This document shows positions 54,929 to 64,000 of a DNA stretch of 64,000 nucleotides, in pieces; the first letter of the stretch is position 1, and every line of letters starts with the position of its first letter. The notes beneath the pieces were generated by a model. The model worked only from the letters and a program-made list of their open reading frames with translations. It was not told where the DNA came from and made no database searches. Origin of the DNA: Octopus vulgaris (lineage: Eukaryota); assembly GCA_951406725.2 (NCBI GenBank), contig OX597821.1, forward strand, positions 4,402,001 through 4,466,000, written 5' to 3'. The position numbers and the translations under genes were made by a program.

Positions 54929-56124
54929 CTAATAACGAAATGGAAGCAGTGTGGAAATGGAAACTAATTGATTTTCAAAACATTGTGCAAAATTCCCTTG
55001 AGTCAATCTCAGAATTCTTAACATTGTAACTGGTGATGACGAAATACCCACTTGTCTTTAAGAGAAGTTAACATTGTACTAGCATGCGTAGAAGGCTTTT
55101 GTCCGACGAGTAGGGGAGAATGGGCAATGAATAATTGAGAGATGAAGGCGGAGTGTAGAATTATATGGGACGTGAGTGGTTTTACAGTAATATCTCAAAT
55201 ATTATACTGTTGAAACTTTCTTTAATTGATACATACTATTCCCAATCCATTTTCGCTTGTGACGAATTGTAATTCTTCAAATTGTATGATTATAGATAGA
55301 GCGCATCATTATAAGTTCAAATCCCACAGAGGAAAACCTTTCTCAAGGTCTGCAATATGAACAAGGCTTAATTAATGGGGTCTACTCCTTTAATTTGCTC
55401 CACCTCAATTCATATGTAGTCTTCTTAATGATCGAACTCGGTGTGTGATATTAGCTTCAAGTATTGGCTAAAAGACAAAATGACGAACCAACTTACTGAA
55501 CTGGTACTTATTTTATGGAGTACCAAAGGATGGAAGACAAAATTTCTCACGATGGAATTTGAACTCGGTGTAATAAATGGAGAAATGCCACTGGATGTTA
55601 TTTATTCTCACCGAATAAATAACATCCAGTTGCTTATTTCGAAGGATTCTGGCCTTCTAAGTTTCCAAATATCAAATTTCGGCAGATTTTGAAATTCCAC
55701 TTTCATGTCTCCGACATGAATTTCTTACGCACCAGAAGAATTCTTTATTTCTTGGAATAATTCGTCTCTGTTCTGATATCAAAACAGGAGAAATATACCT
55801 ACTCAAAAGGAATAAAATAGAAACGAGTAATAAGCTCTTTCTTTCTCCCTTCTTCCTTCTAAAATCCAATGATACAAGTGGAAGTTTTGTTTACTTATCT
55901 AGACATTAACATTTTACATTCGAGAAGATACACGCTTCTGGGCTGTGTAGTGGAGTTACATCAAATAGAAGAGACTTAACATACACGCTCTGCAAAAGAA
56001 CTACGTTTCTGTTTGATATCATCAAATCAACTATCGCCTTGTCGCTGCTAAAATTTGGCAAGAACCATGAACTCAGTGTTATATAAATGTGTGTGCGTGT
56101 ATGTACGTGTGTATATACGCATGC

Positions 56125-56186
<62 letters not shown>

Positions 56187-56463
56187 GAATGAATGTGTGT
56201 ACTAGTTGTGTGAGAAAAAAGCAAATAGTGGGCATTTGTGTGTGTACGAGCGCATATATATACATATATGTATGTATGTATGTATGTATCTATCTATATA
56301 TATATATATATATATATATACTCACACACATACACATACATGAACGTCTGTGTTACTTGTGTGAGAGCAAAAGAAATAGCGCGCGTATATGAGCGTGTCT
56401 GTGTATTTATGTGTGAACTTTTACATATACATTTCCACATATATTCACACATATAAAATGGTT

Positions 56464-56534
56464 GATAGGTAGGTAGGTAGGTAGGTAGATAGATAGGTAG
56501 GTAGATAGATAGATAGATAGATAGATATATATAT

Positions 56535-56608
<74 letters not shown>
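56464..56608. repeat. (GGTA)n/(GATA)n microsatellite
   Basis: Directly visible run. Confidence 0.95.
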
Positions 56609-56686
56609 GTACATTCCTGAACACAGATACATATCATCTACACACATACAATATGTATGTATGCATGTATTTGTGTGCGTGTATAA

Positions 56687-56727
<41 letters not shown>

Positions 56728-57649
56728 TTTGCAAGACACGTTTGATTAATGAACATTATCAATGAAGCAGAATGTTGAAGAAAACAAACAAACAAACCAG
56801 TACACGCAAACTAGATGAAGAATAAACAAATAACCTACTTCAATAAATACATAAATAAATAAGTAAATAGATATTTAAAATGAATAATTATTATATAAAA
56901 GAAAATAATGACTAATGCTCTTTTGAAAACTAGAAAAGTTGAACGTTGTAAGAAATGAAACGTGTACAATAAAAGATTGAGAAGATAAAGGTGATGGGTG
57001 TTAAATACCTTGGAACATTGTTTATTTCGATGTCTGGAAGTTTATCTTGAAATATATGTTCGCTTTCAATGTGTTTGTTTATTCCTTTGTTTCAAAGAGA
57101 AAAACCTAGAAAGAGAAACAGAGAGAGAAAAACAAAGAAAAAAAAAAGAAACAACACAGAACTTGTGTATTTGCCTTAACTGACAGCTTTCAACCTAAAC
57201 TGAAGAATTCATGCATATAATTTCTCAAGTTTTATCATTACATCATATGTTTTATAAAGAATCAAACACGAAAATATATAAGTAAAAAGAAAAACAGATA
57301 AAACATTCGTGAATTCTAGTGTAAACACTGACCCATTTTTATTTTCTCCCCACCTTGTTGTTCATTTAGTTCTTTATTGTTATGTTTTAGTTGTTGTTCT
57401 TTTATGAATTGCAATAAAAAAATAGCCAACTGTTTGAAAACGTGCGTTGAAATACGACGCAGTTGTTGTGTCTTGGACAATGTTTTTCTCATGAGGCAAG
57501 ATCTCGGCAACTTTGAGGTGACTTTAGTTGAAATACTCATTCCATAACTACTACAATATTTTGCTGACACCATAGAGATGGATAGAAAAATAAAGCGATT
57601 TTGGCAGGATTCGAACATGTGCCATTCATAATACAGGTTTATTACCAAA

Positions 57650-58040
57650 CTAGCACTATGACACGGTGTTACCGGGTCTAGTGCTAGTGCTTTTTGTGCG
57701 TTGCCCGGTCGCGGGTAAAATATCTCACTAAATCAAGACCTGAGAATCTTATCGCATTTCAACCCGGGCGCGTTTTGTTGTTTATGAGCTAGTTGGAACT
57801 TTTTATTCACTGGATTTGTCAATGCGTATGTGCCCATAACGTATGGGCATAAGGGGTCGGTTAATCGATTTTTAACGGTTTTCTGGGGTGACTAGGGAAA
57901 CGAAAAGATCTTCACAACCACCCTCAGACAGTTTTGAAAGCCCATAGAAAATACAAGCCTTTTACGTAAAAACTGGATTTGTATAACGGACACACAGACA
58001 CACAGATACACAGACGTTTTGCCGTTTATAGATATAGAGA
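57650..58040 (-). mobile_element. Non-autonomous Helitron
   Basis: Minus strand A|TCtctatatctataaacggc...gacccggt-aac-accgtgtc-atagtgCTAG|T: 5' TC, subterminal hairpin, 3' CTAG, A/T insertion site, no TSD. Confidence 0.8.
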
Positions 58041-59087
58041 TAAATGTTTCACAAGTTTTACAAATCATGCACAACTACTTTCTTTATCTCAGACGCCTTC
58101 TTACGAATACCTCAAACATGCTGTGTTAATTTGCTTATTACTCAAGGTATGGGGCCTAAATCTTCATGATTATGACCCTCATCAGGTAAATTTATGCCTA
58201 CTAACGAATACACTTCTGAGGTAATGAAGCCATCTCCGTACACGATCTCAGGAATTTCCTAAGATTTCGTCTGAGATTTTTTTTTTTTATTGAATAACAT
58301 TTCCAGAATGGATTTGTTGCTGAATGATGACATTAAAAACTGTCTCGGGTATTTTTTTCTATTTTAAATAGATATCTCACATTTTCAAGAAATGGAAGTT
58401 GGTGGAAATATATCTTGCCTTCTGATACCGCTTGCCTCTTAAGGTCGTTTGCATAATGAACATTCGGGCTGTGAATTACAATTTCATTTGTGCATTCAAT
58501 TACAACACATTTACTTTCACAGAAATTGAATAACCATTAGAAGAGACGCCTATTTCTACACATATTAATGATATTAAGTTCCTATGAAATGGTATTTACT
58601 ACGTTCTTAGCTATCCAAAAGCTCAGGAAAATAGAGCGTCCGACAACATATATGCGACATTTTATCACATCACTTTATATATATTTATTGGAATTTTCTA
58701 GTTGTTAAAAAATTGGTTATATTAAAGATCTTATATTTCTATATCAGCCTATCACATTCCTCAAAAACGGTGAAAAAGTGAGTACGATAGTAAATGTAAC
58801 CACTTCAAGTTAAGTTAAACTGAATAGTGCTAAAGTTATTATTACATTTATAATAGTAGTGATAATGGCGGTCTTACAGGAAGTTTTATATACTGTAGTA
58901 TAATAATGATATTTTCGAAATTTCGAATTCCGTTAAATTATTTCCACTCTCTCAGTGATCACTGGCGATTGTCTCCAATTCCTTGTTTAATTATCCCAGT
59001 GAAAAGACAAGTTACAATTAATAAAAGATCGTCTAACGTAGGTCATTCATTGATGACCCAAGTTATATATATATATATATATATATA

Positions 59088-59500
59088 TTGTTATATTATT
59101 ATATTTCGGAATGGTCATTTTGCCAGTTTAGCCAATAAAAACACACGCACTATATATTTGGTGTTACTTTGCTTCAGTGTTATTTATTTTTTACATTAAT
59201 CTTAATCTTATTTCGGCCAGAGTTCTTTCGTCACACTCCTGTGACCGCATCAGTGGTCCTTTGTTTTCTTCTTACTTATTTGTGTCTCTCCTTACTAACC
59301 GTCAGCCATTTTGTATTTCTATTGTATGTCTTCATTTGCGCATGCTTATATCTCTATGTGCGTCTATGTTTATTTAGTGTGTGGGGGATGCCTGTAATAT
59401 TTGTATCTTCTGTTTATATACGTTCATGTAATTTGTTTTTGTTGTTGCTGTTTTTGTTTATTCTTATTTTGTTCATGTGTATACATCCACTTATTATTAT
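59088..59500 (-). mobile_element. Microsatellite-flanked element with hammerhead-like scaffold
   Basis: Minus strand 59259-59215: ggacca-ctgatgcg-gtcacaggagtgtgac-gaaa-gaac-tc-tggcc. Confidence 0.5.
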
Positions 59501-59764
59501 CATTACATATGCTTGTATGTATGTATGTATGTATGTATAACAACAATACTAGTAATAATAATAAATAAATAAAAACTTATATAGTTATTTATTTCTATTT
59601 GTTTATTTATCTGTGTATTTTACTTATTATGTTTTCGGTTTTACTTATAACGTAACCAGTTTATTGGGATCCTCTAACGTCATATGCTGTGGTTTGTGCT
59701 AGTGTTCCATTCTAGTTTCCTATTCAGGCTAGGTTTAGTTTCTATTATGTGTGCAGCTATTTTA

Positions 59765-59978
59765 TGGAGACGCAAACAAACCAACACCGTTTGTCCATCG
59801 GCGTGTAGGACAGAAAAATAGTCACATACACACACAATTATATATAACGCTCTACCATATTCACTTACAAGGCATTCATTGACCCGGAGCTACAGTGAAA
59901 GACACTTACCCAAGGTGTCGTGCAGAAGGACCGAACCCGAAAGTACATGGTTTAAGCGCCCGGCCATACCTATGTCTA
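59765..59978 (-). mobile_element. SINE family A, degenerate
   Basis: gacacttacccaaggtgtcgtgcagaaggaccgaacccga...catggtt matches the family A head region. Confidence 0.65.
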
Positions 59979-60026
59979 TAAAATTTAGACTTCAAATTTA
60001 CCTTCTTGGATAGGGATTTCGAACTT

Positions 60027-60576
60027 CAATAATCCCCCGAATCTTGCGGGTGTTATATTACAAAACCTTCTGCGACAGGTGAAAATCTTCGAAGTAGAAA
60101 CAGTAATGTATTGTATAATTTTTTACTATTTTTTGCATATATTTATTTTATTATAAATGCAAAACAACACTACCGATGAGTCGACGTAAGCTTAAATAAT
60201 AATAAATCGCGATGGGTGAACCGCGATATGGCGAGAGATTTTTACTTATTTATGCGCCCTTCACAAGCCTAGCCAGGCTCATGGGACCGGTTTCCCGGTT
60301 TCTGTGTATGTGTTGCCCACAGCTGGACGGGCGCCAGTCCATCGCAGCGTTACTCAAGAAACAGGAAGAGACAGTGAGAAAAAGTAGAGGCGAAAGAGTA
60401 CAAAAGAGGTCGAACACCCCACCCCACCCCCTGACGGAGACTCGTGGAGCTTTAGGTATTTTCGCGCAATAAACACATACAACGCCCGGTCTGGGAATCG
60501 AAACCGCGATCCTCCGAACGCGTGTCCACTGCCCTAGCAACTGGGCCATTGCGCCTCCACTGGCGATGGACTACTG
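60027..60576. mobile_element. pogo/Tigger-like MITE whose right TIR is interrupted by SINE C
   Basis: Left caataatcccccgaatcttgcgg; right ccgcgatatggcga...[SINE]...tggcgatggactactg|ta. Confidence 0.6.
60246..60560 (-). mobile_element. tRNA-derived SINE, family C (tail type 2)
   Basis: Head ggaggcgcaatggcccagttgctagggc...ggtttcgattccc; tail ctgcgatggactggcgcccgtccag...catgagcctggctagg. Confidence 0.88.
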
Positions 60577-60595
60577 TATACGATTTGGACCTATA

Positions 60596-61188
60596 AGGCG
60601 GCGAGCTGGCAGAAACGTTAGCACGCCGGGTGAAATGCGTAGCCGTATTTCGTCTGCCGTTCTGAGTTCAAATTCCGCCGAGGTCGACTTTGCCTTTCAT
60701 CCTTTCGGGGTCGATAAATAAGTACCAGTTACGCACTGAGGTCGATGTAATCGACTTCAACCGTTTGTCTGTTCGTGTTTGTCCTCTCTGTGTTTAGCCC
60801 CTTGTGGGTAGTAAAGAAATAGGTATTTCGTCAGCCGCTACGTTCTGAGTTTAAATTCCGCCGAGGTCGACTTTGCCTTTCATCCTTTCGGGGTCGATAA
60901 ATTAAGTACCACTTACGTACTAGGGTCGATGTAATCGACTTAATCTGTTTGTCTGTCCTTGTTTGTCCCCTCAATGTTTAGCCCCTTGTGGGTAGTAAAG
61001 AAATAGGTATTTCGTCTGCTATTACGTTATGAGTTCAAATTACGCCGAAGTCGACTTTAGCTTTCATCCTTTAGGGCTCGATAAATAAAGTACTAGTTAC
61101 GCACTGGGGTCGATGTAATCGACGTAATCCCATTATGTCCTTGTTTGTCCCCTGTATGTTTAGCCACTTTGTGGGTAATAAATAAATA
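60596..61188 (+). mobile_element. SINE family B, tandem trimer with 17-bp TSD
   Basis: One full unit plus two units restarting at ggtatttcgtc (~60822, ~61006); tatacg(a/g)tttggaccta at 60577-60593 and 61189-61205. Confidence 0.93.
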
Positions 61189-61605
61189 TATACGGTTTGG
61201 ACCTACACACTTGAAGTCTACCTAAACTTCTCCGTATAAAATTCATAAATTCATAACTATAATCACGAAGTTTATTATTAAATCACTCATTTATTAACTA
61301 ACTTCTTGAAGTTTGAGCTATTCGTCAACGGTCTCTTGGTGATGTACGTTAACAGAAGTCGCAGATCATGTAGTTTCTCAATATAATACAGTAGCTAAAG
61401 GGGTTTTATATTGAAGTAAAATCTTTAAAATCTTTAATACAGTAATCCATTAGAGATATTAATTTTCAAAAGTGATTAATATTTCTGCATATTTCCACTT
61501 AGTTATATAATATATTAGTATTGATTTCTAATAATACCTTATGCTCATGCACATACACACCCGTTATTCGAGCATAAGGTTGTAGCGATAGCTATTGGTG
61601 ATTGC

Positions 61606-61607
<2 letters not shown>

Positions 61608-61654
<47 letters not shown>

Positions 61655-61791
61655 CAGTAGTAGTAGTAGTAGTAGTATTAGCAGCAGCAGCAATGGTAGT
61701 AAAGGTGATGGTAGGTGGTGGTGGTAGTGATGTTGATGGTAGGTGGTGGTGGTGGTGATGGTGGTGGTGGTGGTGGTGGTAGTGGTGGTGG
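61608..61791. repeat. (TAG)n/(GGT)n trinucleotide tract
   Basis: Directly visible run. Confidence 0.92.
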
Positions 61792-62268
61792 AAAATTATG
61801 TAATAAGGAATTATGTAATAAGGAATATATGGAGCATTGGTGCAGTGAAATAGTATTGCGCATTATATTTGTATATTAATTAAAATTTCGAAGTGTTCCG
61901 TCCGTGACCGCTCGTTAAAATTCTGTATTCTTGTCACATATTTCGTCGGTCATTGCACTGCAGTGATAACAGGGCTCCGATTTGAAGTGGGTTTTGCAAA
62001 TCGTATCGAAAATGAACAGCAACAGATATGTTCATGTGTTGTGCTTATCGTTCTCTTATTTGTCGTAGCGCTAAGTTAGACGGCATATCACAAAGCAACG
62101 TGGTATCAAACTCAGAAATGATACGGAAAGAGACATGCAAGCTAACACGCACACACATACATGTACACTTACTCAAACGTGTGCGACAACAGGAAAATGG
62201 TCACGAGTTTTGGGAAGAACTAAATCTAATGTTTTTATTCAGGAAGGACACATCTTCACTCTTAAACT

Positions 62269-62654
62269 AGGCGCAGATGTAGCTGTGAGGTAAAAAGCCT
62301 GCTTTCCAACCACATTACCCCGATTTCACTCATGGCTCGTAGCACTTTCGTAAGAGTATTTTCCTGTAAACTCGGACCGGCCAAAGCCTTGTGACAGAAA
62401 CTGAAGTAACTTTGCTATGTATATATATATATATATATATATATGCACGAGTGAAATAACATGAAAAATCACAGACTAAGGACTATGTATATTTAAGTCT
62501 TCATGGCAAAAGTATTCAATAATATTATACAAAATAAGATTTTTTCCTTCTAACCAAAATAACCGGTTCCCTTGGCGCTTTTCAGATTTTGAGAGCGAGA
62601 TACAATTGGAAATGAGAAATTTTTAACCACATCAATCACCAACCATACATACTA

Positions 62655-62694
<40 letters not shown>

Positions 62695-62980
62695 AGAGAT
62701 AGAGAGAGAGAGGGGGGAGAAAGAGAGAGATAGAGAGAGACCGTGAGAGAGAAAGAAAGAGGTTATGTAGGTATGTATGTATGTGTCCCTCTGTTTTCCT
62801 CGACCAGGTGTTGGTCGGTTAACATCCATAGCAACATAACGACCGGCAAAAGAGACGGATAGAATAAGTAGAACAAGTAGAATTAATTATTGGAGTCGAT
62901 TCGTTCCACTAGAATTGAACAAGGTATTGCTCCAGCATGGCCGATGTGCTATGACATAAATAAGAAAGATAAAAAGATAA
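62269..62980 (+). mobile_element. SINE family A with expanded internal microsatellite carrying a nested insert (62445-62660)
   Basis: Head aggcgcagatgtagctgtgaggtaa, ccaaagccttgtga, and 3' part ggcaaaagagacggatagaataagta...gctccagcatggcc, split by (TA)n-flanked sequence. Confidence 0.75.
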
Positions 62981-63054
62981 ATTAATATTTTTTGAGAAAT
63001 CTCATAAGGGGTAGGGCAAGGAAATAACTAATCACTGCACAGACCGATATCATA

Positions 63055-63195
63055 CTTTATTTACATGATTTACATTCGACGGATATTCGTCCACATCTTG
63101 TTTGTTGTTAACAACGTTTCGGTTGATATACCCTCCAGCCTTATTCAGATGTCTTGGGGAAATTTCAAACCTGAGTTCTCATTCCTAAGGTATTA
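63055..63195 (-). mobile_element. Short repeat with degenerate hammerhead-like scaffold next to the REL LINE tail
   Basis: Minus strand ctgaata-aggctggagggtatatcaacc-gaaacgtt. Confidence 0.45.
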
Positions 63196-64000
63196 CTTAT
63201 TATTTTTTTTTTTTTCTTCTTTCAAATTTTCTTCCATTTCTTGCCGAGTGTCTTCCCGACTCCTAGGGCAAAGAAACTCATAGTGTATATTGGTAGGCCA
63301 TTAAACCAAACTCAGTAGTTCGTTCATTTTTTTTTTTTTTTTTTAAAGTTAAATTAAAATACATGAGCAGCAACAGTTCTCACATCGACAATGCTCTTCT
63401 CAATACGTGTGATGTACCAGTTAAGACAATCTTTTGCACTTCTTGCAGGGATGGTAAGCCAGGGATCATTCTCATATAATTTTCGGTTCCCTTCTTGATC
63501 ATTCCTAGTGCTCCTACGATCACTGGTATTGTAACCGCCTTGAGATGCCACATTTTCTCAATTTCAATGAGTAGGTCTTTATATTTTCTGAGCTTGTCAA
63601 ACTCTTTCGCTGAGATATTATGATCACAGGGGATGCTCATGTCGATCAATAAGCAAACTTTATTGTTTTGGTCTTTCACAACAATATCTGGTTTATTGGC
63701 CTTGATGGGTCGGTCTGTATGTACTGGAAAGTCCCACAGAATGGTTACATTTTCTCCTTCAGTTACAGCCTCAGGGTGGTGATTATACCACTTGTCGGCA
63801 GCTTTGATATTGTAATGCCGACTTATTAGCCAGTAGAGATATTGGCCAACTCTGTCATGTCTTAATTTATACTCCACTGGTGCTAAGACTTTACATCCAG
63901 AGATTAGGTGGTCCACTGTTTCAATCATGTCGTTGCAGAATCGGCATTTTGGGTCTGCTCCATTTTTCATCACATTGGCCTGGTAGTTCCGGGTTAATAG
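63195..64000 (-). mobile_element. 3' end of an R4/Dong-like REL non-LTR retrotransposon (continues beyond window)
   Basis: Intact C-terminal ORF plus ~180-bp 3' UTR ending in an A-run and taataa. Confidence 0.9.
63380..64000 (-). CDS. C-terminal CCHC zinc knuckle plus restriction-enzyme-like endonuclease of a retrotransposon polyprotein (partial)
   Basis: CRFC...ETVDHLISGC, RHD, ILWD, KPDIVV...LIDMS...K..KY, VIVGALG; frame is open to the window edge (LLTRNYQANVMKNG). Confidence 0.92.
   Translation of the reverse strand, partial: LLTRNYQANVMKNGADPKCRFCNDMIETVDHLISGCKVLAPVEYKLRHDRVGQYLYWLISRHYNIKAADKWYNHHPEAVTEGENVTILWDFPVHTDRPIKANKPDIVVKDQNNKVCLLIDMSIPCDHNISAKEFDKLRKYKDLLIEIEKMWHLKAVTIPVIVGALGMIKKGTENYMRMIPGLPSLQEVQKIVLTGTSHVLRRALSM

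Noticed and set aside
60596-61188. CRISPR-like regular repeats
   Set aside because: Units are ~185-bp SINE bodies with no unique spacers; eukaryotic context and no cas genes.

Overview
AT-rich eukaryotic, gene-poor DNA full of microsatellites ((TA)n, (TG)n, (TATG)n, (GATA)n, (ATT)n, (GAT)n). The repeat content looks like a cephalopod, most likely Octopus; this is recognition from memory, not a database result. No intact host gene, tRNA/rRNA gene or CRISPR array is supportable, and nearly all ORFs in the track are microsatellite translations. Recognisable content is transposable elements: a near-full-length but disrupted RTE LINE (~41.6-45.6 kb), two R4/Dong-like REL LINE pieces, two CR1/L2-like LINE 3' ends, four tRNA-derived SINE families (labelled A-D here), several Tc1/mariner relics, piggyBac-like and pogo-like MITEs and a non-autonomous Helitron. 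The least explained signal is a set of short non-coding, hairpin-rich elements in or next to (TA)n tracts. They form fold-backs and concatemers in both orientations (best case 17336-18567, 473-bp unit), and several carry hammerhead-ribozyme-like scaffolds with non-canonical cores, suggesting a Penelope/retrozyme-like microsatellite-targeting system. Also notable are SINE dimers/trimers bounded by a single target-site duplication and a 3' tail shared between a SINE and a LINE.
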